DNA of 64,000 nucleotides from Acutalibacteraceae bacterium (GTDB lineage Bacteria; Bacillota; Clostridia; Oscillospirales; Acutalibacteraceae): NCBI GenBank assembly GCA_045579445.1, contig JAZNME010000037.1, positions 24,099 to 88,098 of the forward strand, read 5' to 3'. Shown piece by piece: positions 34,084 to 44,194 of this stretch (position 1 is its first letter; each line of letters starts with the position of its first letter). The notes under the pieces were generated by a model. It saw only the letters and a program-made list of their open reading frames with translations, ran no database searches and was not told where the DNA came from. The position numbers and the translations under genes were made by a program.

Positions 34084-35109
34084 ATGATTTCAGAAATGTT
34101 GGCGCAAAGGAATTTGCCGCCTCTTAAATCACGAGAAGAAATGTTGAAAATTCTTCTTCAGGAAGAATACGGCAATATGCCGCCGCTCCCTGAAAGTATA
34201 GAGTTTGATACAGAAGAGGGTGTTATTCCCAATTTCTGTGCAGGTAAGGCGTATTGCTGCAGAGTTACGGCAAAATGCGTTGTAATGGGCAAAGAATTTT
34301 CATTCCCGTTTCTTGCAACCTTTCCTGCGGATGATGAGAAACACCCGTTCTTTATACATATGAATTTCCGTCCTGATAATCCTGACAGATATATGCCTAC
34401 AGAGGAGCTTATAGATAACGGATTTGCAGTTTTATCTGCATATTATGCGGATATCACAAGCGACGACGGAGATTTTACAAACGGTCTTGCAGGTATTCTT
34501 TTCCCTGATGGAAAAAGAGGTCCTGCCCATAGCGGCAAAATAGCAATGTGGGCTTGGGCGAATCAGCGTATTATGGATTACGCTCAGCTTATGGAGGATA
34601 AGCTTGATTTATCCCGCTCTTGTGTATGCGGTCATTCAAGACTGGGTAAAACTGCTCTTTTAACAGCTGCTACAGACGAACGCTTTAAATTCGTTTATTC
34701 AAACGATGCGGGTTGTTCAGGAGATGCTCTCGCAAGGGGTACGGATGGAGAGCAGATAAAGGATATTTGCAAAAATTTCCCATATTGGTTCTGCGAAAAC
34801 TATAAAAAGTACGCAAATAACGAAGAGGCGATGCCTTTTGACCAGCATTACCTTTTAGCATCAATTGCACCGCGCTTCGCAATGGTAGGCAGTGCTTCTG
34901 AGGATTGGTGGGCAGACCCGAAATCACAGTATCTTTCCTGTGTTGCAGCAGGTGAAGCCTTTGAAAACGGCTTCAAGCATGAAAACAGATTACCGCAGAT
35001 TGGTGATTGCTTCATACAGGGTGATTTAGCGTTCCATATGCGAAAAGGGCTTCATTACTATAGCAGAGAAGATTGGCTCAGAAGTATAGAATTCATAAAC
35101 AGTAAATAA
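34084..35109 (+). CDS. CE15-like glucuronoyl esterase (alpha/beta hydrolase), no signal peptide
   Basis: ..CGHSRLGKTALLTAATDERFKFVYSNDAGCSGDALARG.. matches the bacterial CE15 catalytic-Ser block (GxSRxGK). The N-terminal ..REEMLKILLQEEYG..P.. is also typical. Confidence 0.6.
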   Translation: MISEMLAQRNLPPLKSREEMLKILLQEEYGNMPPLPESIEFDTEEGVIPNFCAGKAYCCRVTAKCVVMGKEFSFPFLATFPADDEKHPFFIHMNFRPDNPDRYMPTEELIDNGFAVLSAYYADITSDDGDFTNGLAGILFPDGKRGPAHSGKIAMWAWANQRIMDYAQLMEDKLDLSRSCVCGHSRLGKTALLTAATDERFKFVYSNDAGCSGDALARGTDGEQIKDICKNFPYWFCENYKKYANNEEAMPFDQHYLLASIAPRFAMVGSASEDWWADPKSQYLSCVAAGEAFENGFKHENRLPQIGDCFIQGDLAFHMRKGLHYYSREDWLRSIEFINSK

Positions 35110-35124
35110 GAAAGAAGGATTTTT

Positions 35125-38100
35125 ATGAAAAAAACCAAAAAAGTTATATCATTGCTTATAGCGTTAGCGTTTATTCTTTCTGCATTTCCAATGCCTGTTG
35201 CATTTGCAGAGGGTGAGGAGTACGAGGCAATCTCTCTTGATGAAACAGTTATTATTTCAAGCGAGGATGAATTGGGAGCCACAAGGTATTTCAGCTTCAC
35301 CGCGCAAGAGGATGGCAGATATGTTTTTTCTTCATTTGATAATGACGATTTAGATGTGCGTTGCTACATATATGATAGCGATATGAATGAAATTGCTTAT
35401 GATGATGACGGTGCAGGCTACCCTAACTTTAAAAGTTCTTTTGACCTGACTGCAGGTGATACCGTTTATTTGTTGTCAGAGCCATTGAGCTCAGGAGATG
35501 AGGGAAGCTATTCAGTTAAGGTTGTTAAGGTTATTACTGCTACAGAAATTACCATCTCTAATGAGAGCATTACCGGAACCATAATGGAAACTAAAAGCCT
35601 GAGTGCATCACTTTTGCCTGAAAATGCCGAGGGCGAGGAAATATCCTGGAAAACAAGCGACAGCACGATTTTTGTTATAGGAGAAATATACAATGACGGT
35701 AAAGGATGCGACATCAGTTTACTTTCTGAAGGTACTGCAACAATCACCGCTTCAACAGAAAGCGGATTAACTGCAACATGTGAAATAATAGTTGAGGAGC
35801 CACCTTTAATAGAGGCTGAGTCTACTGTGATTATAACTGCTACAGAGGAGAATTCAGGCGTTGAGTTGTTTAAGTTCGTTCCCGTAGAAAGTGGCAAATA
35901 TAAGTTTTACTCCCACGACAATGATTTTGATACCTATGGTCATATATATGATAGCGACCTGAATCAGATATATTATAACGATGATGGTGGCGATGGCAGC
36001 AATTTCTATATTGAGTTTGATGCAGTTGTCGGTGAGGTATATTACCTTAAGGCACGTTCATATTACGAAGAAACCTCAGGAGGATTCTCTATCAGCGTAA
36101 ATAAGCTTGTTTCTGCAACATCACTGGAGCTTTCAGCAGAAAGCATATCAGGTAAGGTGGGCAGTATATGGGATATGTCAGGTTCTCTTATCCCAGAGAA
36201 TGCCAAGGAGGAGCAAATAACCTGGTCGTCAAGTGATGAAGATGTTGTTAAAATTATTTACAACAGTAATAGTGAATGTCAGCTTCGGCTTATGGGTGCA
36301 GGCGCAGCTACCGTTACAGCAACAAGCGAAAACGGGCTTACAGACTCCTGCGCAATTACTGTAGACGAGCCTGTTGAAATTGAGGCCGGTGAGACCGTTC
36401 AGCTTGAATGCAGTGATGAAGAGTATAAAGAAACATATATATTTGTACCGCAGGCTACAGGCTTATATAAATTCGAAGAAAATATAAATGGCGCATCATA
36501 TAGCCTGAACCTTTACAATAGTGTTTTTGAGTGGCTCAGCAGTGATAGCTATATGCAGGTAGAGCTGACGGCAGGCGAAACATACTATTACACCGTTAAT
36601 GCAGAAAAAAGTGAAGATGCTGAATTTATTGATTTTTCACTTGTAATAAATCACCTTGTGCCTGCAACAGGTATTACGCTTTCACAAGAAACTGTGATAG
36701 GAGAACTTGCTACTTATGAAACAATAAATGTAAATTTCTTACCCGAAAACGCAATAAAAGAAGAAATTACATGGGAAATAGATAACGAAGACGTTGCGAT
36801 TATTTACAGTACATGGAACGAAGGGGAATATTGTGAATTAAAATTTGTAGGTCCCGGTACTGCGGTTATTACAGCTACTACCGAAAACGGTCTTACAGCA
36901 TCATGTGAGATTACTGTTGATGACCCTGTCGAGATTGTTTTAGGCGAAACAAGTACAGTATACGCTGACGAATACGCAGAGGAAGCTTATTCATACGCAT
37001 ATTCCTTTGTGCCGGAAGAGAGTGGAACATATTCCTTCGATTTTACAACCAACAATTCGTATATTGATTGGATTGTTGTTTATAATGGAGACCTTGAGTT
37101 TGTAGGCAAGCCGTCAGGAGATTTCCAGTTAGAATTAACAGCCGGAGAAACATATTACTTCATTCCTAATGCTGAAGTGGATTACAGAGAGGATGAGGGT
37201 AACGAAAGCTATATTTCTCTTTGCGTAAATAAAGCTGAACAGGCAACAGCAATTACTCTTTCGAAAGAAGAAGTAAAAAGTAGTCTGGGTGTACAAACAT
37301 ACATAAAAGCAAATTTCCTCCCGGAGAACGCCATAAACGAGAGCATTACATGGTCTTCAAGCGATGAAAAGATAGTTGTTTTTTCTGAAACAGGTTACAA
37401 CGACGATTGTCTGGTGAAATCTGTTGGTGTGGGTAAGGCAACAATAACTGCAACAACAGAAAGCGGTTTAACTGCTTCTTGCGAGATTATTGTTGAAAAC
37501 CCTGTCGAGATTAAATCAGGTGAAACAAAAGAGGTAAAATCCTGGGACGAAGAGAGCTGTGTAACCTATAAATTTGTTTCTGAAACAGATGGAAGATATA
37601 GAATAGAAAACAATGTTTTAGGTTTTTCTTCATATAGCACAGCTTTCTATAATGATGAGTTTGAATCGGTATACGGATGGGTTAATAATTCTGTAGAACT
37701 GAGCGCAGGAGAAACATATTACTATGTAGTAAGCGACATAATTAAAGACAACGCTGATGAGTATGTTACTATAAATCTTTCTATTAATAAACTTTCGGCT
37801 GCAACCGATATAAACCTTAATAAGGAGCATATAAAAGGTTCTTTGGGTGGTTATGTGTCGATACAGGCGGAATTCTCTCCTGAAAATGCCATAGAAGAGG
37901 AAATTACCTGGACATCAAGCGTTGAAAGTGTGGTAATTGTTTCCGACACATGGAACAATACAAAACAATGCAGTATAAAGTGTGTAGGCGCAGGTGAAGC
38001 GACAATAACCGCAACAACAGAAAGTGGTTTAACTGCTACCTGTCAGATTACTGTTGATGAATCTATAGAAATTACTTCAGGCGAAACTTACACGGTTTAT

Positions 38101-41100
38101 GCAGATGATGGTTATTCACACACTTACTCTTTCACACCTGAAGCGGATGGAACATATTTATTTGATTTCAGCTATCAGAACGTCTATGTTGAATCGTTTA
38201 ATGTGTATGATGCTGATCTGGAGTGGCTGGATGAGTGTTTAGGAGATTTTCAGATAGAATTAACCGGTGGAAAAACATATTATTTCGTTCTTCGCGGAGA
38301 GGAAGGTTATTACGACGAAAGCGACGAAAGTTATATATCTCTTTTAGTAAGTAAACTTGTTCCTGCTACCGAAATTACTCTTCCTGAAGCAATAACAGGA
38401 AAAGTAGGCAAAGGTCTTACTGTAGAAGCAGAGTTTGCACCTGACGCTATTAAAGAAAACGTTTACTGGCATTCAAGCGACGAATCAGTAGTTTCAATAG
38501 ATAGTGAGTATTATGCATATAATACTGAGGCATTTCTTGAATTTTTGAAGGTGGGAACTGCTGTTATTACAGCTACTACCGAAAGCGGATTGACTGCAAC
38601 CTGTACGGTGTCGGTTGTTATGCCGGAAGAAATCTCTATTGGCTCAAAAGCAATGAAAAGGAGCGGAAACAGCTTCAAGGGAACGGACAACTATTTCATT
38701 TTTATTCCTGAAGAAGACGGTATATACAAATTTTCTGTTTCAGGTAATAATATATGGGATGAATATGTTGAAATATGGTCTGAAGATGAGTCTGTTTATG
38801 ATTATGGAAATGAAGTCTTTTTGGAACTGACTGCAGGAGAAACATATTTCTGCGAAGCAACAGCGGTGGTTGAATACAGCGATGAACCAACTTCAGCAGC
38901 TCTTAACATTAAAAAGGTTGAAAAAGCAACTACATTGGAGCTTAGCGAAGTTGCTATATCGGGAGCAACATCTCAGGTAATAAGGCTTGAGGCTGATTTT
39001 GGTCCTGTAGACTGTGCGAGAGAATATATTGAATGGGAAATAGCAGATGAAACCGTTGCAGGTATTGATAGCTATAGTGATGAAGGTTATTGCCTGATTG
39101 TTCTTAAAAATGCAGGAACAACTACTATTACTGCAACAAGTGAAAACGGCCTTACAGCTACATGCACAATTACTGTTACTGAACCGGAAGAAATTGCGCT
39201 TAATACAACAAAAAACATTTCAGACATATCAGCTTTCGGCGTAGCTTCATATAAGTTTATTCCTGAAAAAGACGGAACGTACGTATTCTACTCTTTTGAT
39301 AACGATTGCGATACATACGGATATGTATTTAATAGCGATATAGAAGAAATTGACCATAATGATGATGGCAACGAGGAGAATAACTTCAAGATAAAATTCA
39401 ATGCAGAAGCAGGTGAGGTATATTATCTTAGCGCAAGACGATATAATCAGGCTTCTGACGGCGGATATTCTATTTGTGTTAAGGAATATGTTGAGGCAAC
39501 AGAAATTAAACTTACAGCTGATGCAACACAAGGAAAACCGGGTCAGAAAATAAGTATAACTCAAGCTATACTTCCTGAAGGTGCTGAAGCAGATGTTTAT
39601 TGGGATGTAAGCGACGAAACAATTATTGGAATATGGGAATATTTCAACAACGAAGAGGAAGGTAAGGGTTGTGTTATTGAGCTTAAGAGCGAAGGAACTG
39701 CAACCGTTACTGCAAGAACTGACAACGATTTGTCAACAACATGTACCATTACCGTTCTGAGTGTTCCTCAGATTGATGTTGGTAACACTGCCCTTGTAAA
39801 GGGCGATGGCGAATATTCTGCAGACGACAATGTTTATAAATTTATTCCTGAAGAAGATGGAACATATAATTTCCATTTCGTATCAGAAAACGTTTATGAT
39901 GAATATATAAAATTATGGTCAGCAGACGGAGAGGTTTCTTCAAGTTCGTGGAACGGTTTGTCCTGCCAATTAGAAGCAGGCGAAACATATTATTGTCGTG
40001 CGTCAGCAATAATTGATGATGAAACGGAAGTGTCTTCATGTACTTTGAAAATTGAAAAGCTTGCGCCTGCTACAAGTGTAAGCATCAGCCCGAGTCAGTC
40101 GCAGCTTTCTGTTGGGTTAAGTTTGAATCTTGAGGTTGTTTTTGGACCGGAAGGTAGCGCACCTGAAGAATTCAGTTGGGAAATAAGCGATGAGAATATC
40201 TTCTATGCTCAGAAAGATGATGCACACGGAATCGTAGTTTATGGTACGAATCCGGGTACAGCAACAATTACGATTACAACCTCAGGAGGACTTACAGCAT
40301 CTGCAACAATAACTATTGCTCAGCCGGAGTATATAGCTCTTGATGAAATAAAAACTCTTTCTGTTACTGCAACAGACAGAGGAGCTCAAACATATGCCTT
40401 TGTGCCTGAAGAAGATGGCGTTTATGCTTTTTGCTCGAATTGCGAAGAAATAGATGTTTATTGTGAAATTTTCGATAGCTATGGTGACACGATTGCTGAG
40501 GATGACGATGGTGGCGAGGGCTTGAATTTCTTTGCAGAGTTTTATGCAGAGGTCGGCGAAACATATTATCTTCATACAACCACATATTCGGAAAGTGGAA
40601 CAGGAAATTATTCTGTAACCGTTAAAAAGCTACAGGATGCAACAGGCTTAAGACTTTCTCGTATGTCCTACAAAGGTGAGGTTTTAGACAATTTCAATCT
40701 GCAAACAGAGCTTATTCCGGATAACTCAGCAAGTGAGGATATAATCTGGAGTATAAGCGACACATCAGTTGTGGAAATCAGAGACACCTCAGATGGTAGA
40801 GCATATTTCAGAATTGTTGGCAAGGGTAATGCCATAATAACTGCAGAGAGTGAAAGTGGTTTTACTGCAACCTGTGTGGTTACTGCTGAGGAGCCTGAAG
40901 AAATAACTCTTGATAGAGGTGCAAAATTATCATATTCAGACGGACTTGCTGACAAAAAATATACCTTTGTACCTGAAGAAGACGGCATTTACAGATTTAA
41001 TTTCTCCGGTGCAGATGAGAATGGCGGTTATACTATATACCCTGCAAACGATTTTGACGCATACCAAAGCAATGACTATGGTGAGTTTGCTCTTGAAGCA

Positions 41101-42495
41101 GGACAAACATACTATATTGATTTGAATTTCTGGTCTCAGAACAAAAACAGCTTACAGGCTTATGATGTTACTGTTGAAAAATGCACTAAAGCAACAACAA
41201 TGACTCTTTCCCAAACAGCTGTAAGCCAAAAAATTTCTCAATATGTGTATCTTCAGCCTGTTTTCGGGCCTGTTGGATGTGCAACAGAGAGTGTTCAATG
41301 GGAGTCAAGCAACGAAGCTGTTGCTGAGATTTTATATGGTGGTAAGGAAGCTGAAATTCAGATTGTTGGCGCAGGTCAGGCAACAATAACAGCAACATCA
41401 GAAAGCGGAATGACAGCAACCTGCATTATAACAGGTGAAGAAGCTCCTGTAGTTAAAGAAAATGCTGAAACAACAATGACTGTAAACGCAGAAAAAGGTA
41501 TAGCGGTTTATAAGTTCATTCCCGAAAAAACAGGAAATCTGGTTATTTATTCTCTTGAGAGTAATTTTACAGATGTCGAGGTAGCTTTGTTTGACAGAGA
41601 TTTTGAGTGGTTAGAAAATAGTTTTCAATATGGAGACGCCTTTAGCTTATCTATAAATGTAACAAAAGGCAGAACATATTATATTATGTTCCGTGCGAAT
41701 TCTGATGAAGCTATGGGAACCGCAAAATTCATAATATCAGAAAGCGTAGCTGCCACATCAATCAATATTATTGAAGACTCACTCAATGTAAGTAAATATG
41801 ATAGGTTCAATTGTGATTATACTCTTATGCCGTTGAATGCAAGGAACGAAGATGTTACCTGGACAACAAGCAATCCTGATATAGTTACTGTTGACGATGG
41901 ACATCTTGTTTTTAATGCTGTTGGTACAGCTACAGTTACTGTTACAACCGAAAGTGGATTAACAGATTCCTGTACAATTATCGTCAGCGAGCCGCCAATG
42001 CTACAGGTGGGAGTTAAAACATCCGTAACCAAAGAACATAACACATGGAATAAGATGTTCAGGTTTATACCGGAAACATCGGGTTGCTACACATTCGAGA
42101 GTTTCTCAAAGTGCGACACGTATTGTACATTGTATGATGCAGACAATAATAAAATAGGTTTTGACCACGATAGCGGAGATGTTTACAACTTCCTCATTAC
42201 GGAATATCTTGAACAAGGACAGGTATATTACATCAGAACAGATGCGTACACATATGGTGATGATGTTGTTGAAGGATATGATGTTCTTGTAACACAGAAT
42301 ATTGAGGGCGACATAAATAGAGATGGAGAAGTTGACGTTAACGATTACCAGCAGCTTGTTAACCTTGTTGTTTCAACTCCTGATATGATTGAAGAGGAGT
42401 ATGGTGAAAATATGTTGATTATTGCTGACGTTAATGGCGATGGCGCAATAGATGTACTTGATGCATGGAAGCTTTCTCTTATGATTAATCAGTAA
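35125..42495 (+). CDS. Giant secreted dockerin-bearing protein: signal peptide, 13 PPC-like (pre-peptidase C-terminal-like) modules alternating with 12 Big_2 Ig-like modules, C-terminal type-I dockerin; no recognisable catalytic domain
   Basis: Signal peptide MKKTKKVISLLIALAFILSAFPMPVAFA. Big_2 signature recurs 12 times (..ITW.SSDE.VV....G.ATITATTESGLTA.C.ITV..). The interleaved modules carry Y.F.PEEDG.Y.F ... (DDDG..NF) ... AGETYY. The dockerin is GDINRDGEVDVNDY...ADVNGDGAIDVLDAWKL. Confidence 0.85.
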   Translation: MKKTKKVISLLIALAFILSAFPMPVAFAEGEEYEAISLDETVIISSEDELGATRYFSFTAQEDGRYVFSSFDNDDLDVRCYIYDSDMNEIAYDDDGAGYPNFKSSFDLTAGDTVYLLSEPLSSGDEGSYSVKVVKVITATEITISNESITGTIMETKSLSASLLPENAEGEEISWKTSDSTIFVIGEIYNDGKGCDISLLSEGTATITASTESGLTATCEIIVEEPPLIEAESTVIITATEENSGVELFKFVPVESGKYKFYSHDNDFDTYGHIYDSDLNQIYYNDDGGDGSNFYIEFDAVVGEVYYLKARSYYEETSGGFSISVNKLVSATSLELSAESISGKVGSIWDMSGSLIPENAKEEQITWSSSDEDVVKIIYNSNSECQLRLMGAGAATVTATSENGLTDSCAITVDEPVEIEAGETVQLECSDEEYKETYIFVPQATGLYKFEENINGASYSLNLYNSVFEWLSSDSYMQVELTAGETYYYTVNAEKSEDAEFIDFSLVINHLVPATGITLSQETVIGELATYETINVNFLPENAIKEEITWEIDNEDVAIIYSTWNEGEYCELKFVGPGTAVITATTENGLTASCEITVDDPVEIVLGETSTVYADEYAEEAYSYAYSFVPEESGTYSFDFTTNNSYIDWIVVYNGDLEFVGKPSGDFQLELTAGETYYFIPNAEVDYREDEGNESYISLCVNKAEQATAITLSKEEVKSSLGVQTYIKANFLPENAINESITWSSSDEKIVVFSETGYNDDCLVKSVGVGKATITATTESGLTASCEIIVENPVEIKSGETKEVKSWDEESCVTYKFVSETDGRYRIENNVLGFSSYSTAFYNDEFESVYGWVNNSVELSAGETYYYVVSDIIKDNADEYVTINLSINKLSAATDINLNKEHIKGSLGGYVSIQAEFSPENAIEEEITWTSSVESVVIVSDTWNNTKQCSIKCVGAGEATITATTESGLTATCQITVDESIEITSGETYTVYADDGYSHTYSFTPEADGTYLFDFSYQNVYVESFNVYDADLEWLDECLGDFQIELTGGKTYYFVLRGEEGYYDESDESYISLLVSKLVPATEITLPEAITGKVGKGLTVEAEFAPDAIKENVYWHSSDESVVSIDSEYYAYNTEAFLEFLKVGTAVITATTESGLTATCTVSVVMPEEISIGSKAMKRSGNSFKGTDNYFIFIPEEDGIYKFSVSGNNIWDEYVEIWSEDESVYDYGNEVFLELTAGETYFCEATAVVEYSDEPTSAALNIKKVEKATTLELSEVAISGATSQVIRLEADFGPVDCAREYIEWEIADETVAGIDSYSDEGYCLIVLKNAGTTTITATSENGLTATCTITVTEPEEIALNTTKNISDISAFGVASYKFIPEKDGTYVFYSFDNDCDTYGYVFNSDIEEIDHNDDGNEENNFKIKFNAEAGEVYYLSARRYNQASDGGYSICVKEYVEATEIKLTADATQGKPGQKISITQAILPEGAEADVYWDVSDETIIGIWEYFNNEEEGKGCVIELKSEGTATVTARTDNDLSTTCTITVLSVPQIDVGNTALVKGDGEYSADDNVYKFIPEEDGTYNFHFVSENVYDEYIKLWSADGEVSSSSWNGLSCQLEAGETYYCRASAIIDDETEVSSCTLKIEKLAPATSVSISPSQSQLSVGLSLNLEVVFGPEGSAPEEFSWEISDENIFYAQKDDAHGIVVYGTNPGTATITITTSGGLTASATITIAQPEYIALDEIKTLSVTATDRGAQTYAFVPEEDGVYAFCSNCEEIDVYCEIFDSYGDTIAEDDDGGEGLNFFAEFYAEVGETYYLHTTTYSESGTGNYSVTVKKLQDATGLRLSRMSYKGEVLDNFNLQTELIPDNSASEDIIWSISDTSVVEIRDTSDGRAYFRIVGKGNAIITAESESGFTATCVVTAEEPEEITLDRGAKLSYSDGLADKKYTFVPEEDGIYRFNFSGADENGGYTIYPANDFDAYQSNDYGEFALEAGQTYYIDLNFWSQNKNSLQAYDVTVEKCTKATTMTLSQTAVSQKISQYVYLQPVFGPVGCATESVQWESSNEAVAEILYGGKEAEIQIVGAGQATITATSESGMTATCIITGEEAPVVKENAETTMTVNAEKGIAVYKFIPEKTGNLVIYSLESNFTDVEVALFDRDFEWLENSFQYGDAFSLSINVTKGRTYYIMFRANSDEAMGTAKFIISESVAATSINIIEDSLNVSKYDRFNCDYTLMPLNARNEDVTWTTSNPDIVTVDDGHLVFNAVGTATVTVTTESGLTDSCTIIVSEPPMLQVGVKTSVTKEHNTWNKMFRFIPETSGCYTFESFSKCDTYCTLYDADNNKIGFDHDSGDVYNFLITEYLEQGQVYYIRTDAYTYGDDVVEGYDVLVTQNIEGDINRDGEVDVNDYQQLVNLVVSTPDMIEEEYGENMLIIADVNGDGAIDVLDAWKLSLMINQ
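35209..42297 (+). repeat. Intragenic array of about 12.5 two-module coding repeats (about 570 bp each, diverged)
   Basis: Recurrent DNA strings such as TTTATTCCTGAAGAAGA(T/C)GG (38702, 39842, near 39255, 40404, 40971) and ACAGAAAG(C/T)GG(A/T)TTAAC(T/A)GC. Protein-level periodicity is about 190 aa. Confidence 0.8.
42298..42492 (+). other. Type-I dockerin module (two Ca-binding F-hand repeats)
   Basis: NIEGDINRDGEVDVNDYQQLVNLV ... IADVNGDGAIDVLDAWKLSLMI. Confidence 0.85.
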
Positions 42496-42508
42496 ACTAA
42501 ACAAAAAG

Positions 42509-42547
42509 GGTGGTGCAGTTCAAACGAACTGCACCACCTGTTTTTTA
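42509..42547. terminator. Intrinsic terminator between convergent genes
   Basis: GGTGGTGCAGTT-CAAACG-AACTGCACCACC followed by TGTTTTTT. Confidence 0.8.
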
Positions 42548-42550
42548 TTA

Positions 42551-44194
42551 TTAGCTTTTAGCAATAGTTTTTTCTGCCATTTCTCTCAGGCAGAAGCCTG
42601 TTAAAAGAACGCCGTCAGAATTGTATTTTTCAAGTTTTTCTTCTAATGCTTTTATATTTTCGGATGAAGGATTTTGTTTAGCGTTATAAATTTGCTGAAG
42701 CAAATCGCAACACATTCCGAACTTTTTAACCCATTTTTTTAGCTCAGCAAAAAGAGGGACAGATGTATCGCAAAGCATATTGTAGCAGTCATACATATTC
42801 TTAATGTATTCACCAAGATATGCGAGAGCTTCCTCTTTTTTGTCGCTTGCTTCAAGGAAGGCTGTGTGTGCGAGAGCTCTGCTCATAAATGCAGAGCTGT
42901 ATCTTGAAAGGCAGGAAACGCCTAAATGGTCTGCAAAGTATGAGAAACGGTGTGCGTTTTCGCCTAAAATCTCTTTATGAGCATTTTTAAGAGATTCATC
43001 AGGATCATAAGCAACCGGATTCCATAAGAAATCCCCAATTGTGAGAAGCGGAATTTTTGAACACTCCGCATATTCCATAACATTTGAAATTATGCCTTCG
43101 CAGGATTTATAAAGCTCCTTATCTCTGCCGATTATTGCACCCAGATGCATTTCCTGAAACATCTCACAGTCGTTAACAGGGAAATTATCCCAGTAAAGAG
43201 GCTTGTGATGGGTGGCGTTGGCTAATTCGTCTGCTTCCCTTACAGTAAGCACTCTTGAACATATTTCTGCACCTGTCCAGAAAAGGTTTACATCAGAGGG
43301 AATTCCTGAGCCGAATTTTGAAATATAATAGCCGTTTGCATCACCGCTGTATTGAGTCGGGCAAACAGTAAGAGAAATTGATGGGTCAAAATCCTTGAGA
43401 GCCTGATAAGCTTTATTAATCAGGTAAATGTGGGCGTCAACTATGGAATCAAATTCCCTTGCATCGTCGTCATACTGAAATTCCCAGGGAATATCGTCAA
43501 GAAGAAGACCGAAATTTCTGACACCTAAAGCATAAATGCTTTTGATTTTATTTATAAGAAGCTGAAAATCCTCTTCCGATGTGTATTTATATGTAAGACC
43601 GGGACCAACTGCCCAATGAAAATCAAGATAATTTTCGCAAGCAAGGTGGAAAAGCGCTTTTAACTCTGAAAGCTCTTTTTCAGGATATAAATCTCTCCAT
43701 TTTTCTCTATGGTAAATATCGTCTTTAGGACCATAGAAGAAAGCATTCATTCCATAACGCGCCATAAGCTTCATAACAGAAGCTCTTTTTTCATTCTCCC
43801 ATGTATGACCGTAAAAGCCTTCAATATATCCTCTTTTTTTGAAAAGAGGGTAGTCCTCGATTGTGCCTTCACAAGCTTCGTTTGCAACAATAAGCTTTGC
43901 AAGAGTGTTAGCACCTCTGAAAGCACTTTTTTCGCAAGAACACTCTACAACAATTTCATTTTTAGTTATTGTGATTATATATTTTTCGTCTGTAAGACGG
44001 CAGATTTCTTCTGCATATGTAGTTCTTTTGCTGTTTTCGTATTTGAAAACAACATTAAAACCGCCATCAACAGAAATTCCGTAATCTCCAAAAACTTTTT
44101 CGGCAATTTCTTTGAAATCACCTGAAACGGACAAGGTCTTTATTTCGACTTTCTCACCATTAAGGTTGACTTTTTGTGGAACAGGATAAATCAC
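42551..44194 (-). CDS. GH84 beta-N-acetylglucosaminidase (O-GlcNAcase/NagJ-like), no signal peptide
   Basis: ..FKKRGYIEGFYGHTWENEKRASVMKLMARYGMNAFFYGPKDD..HREKWR.. and ..FGLLLDDIP.. (catalytic DD) are GH84 hallmarks. The GTG start overlaps the upstream stop (GTGA). Confidence 0.75.
   Translation of the reverse strand: MIYPVPQKVNLNGEKVEIKTLSVSGDFKEIAEKVFGDYGISVDGGFNVVFKYENSKRTTYAEEICRLTDEKYIITITKNEIVVECSCEKSAFRGANTLAKLIVANEACEGTIEDYPLFKKRGYIEGFYGHTWENEKRASVMKLMARYGMNAFFYGPKDDIYHREKWRDLYPEKELSELKALFHLACENYLDFHWAVGPGLTYKYTSEEDFQLLINKIKSIYALGVRNFGLLLDDIPWEFQYDDDAREFDSIVDAHIYLINKAYQALKDFDPSISLTVCPTQYSGDANGYYISKFGSGIPSDVNLFWTGAEICSRVLTVREADELANATHHKPLYWDNFPVNDCEMFQEMHLGAIIGRDKELYKSCEGIISNVMEYAECSKIPLLTIGDFLWNPVAYDPDESLKNAHKEILGENAHRFSYFADHLGVSCLSRYSSAFMSRALAHTAFLEASDKKEEALAYLGEYIKNMYDCYNMLCDTSVPLFAELKKWVKKFGMCCDLLQQIYNAKQNPSSENIKALEEKLEKYNSDGVLLTGFCLREMAEKTIAKS

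Noticed and set aside
35125-42495. A diversity-generating retroelement or cassette-type variation acting on the giant repeat protein.
   Set aside because: There is no reverse transcriptase, no template repeat outside the gene and no invertase or inverted-repeat switch nearby. Divergence between modules is spread over whole modules rather than focused on adenine-specific sites.
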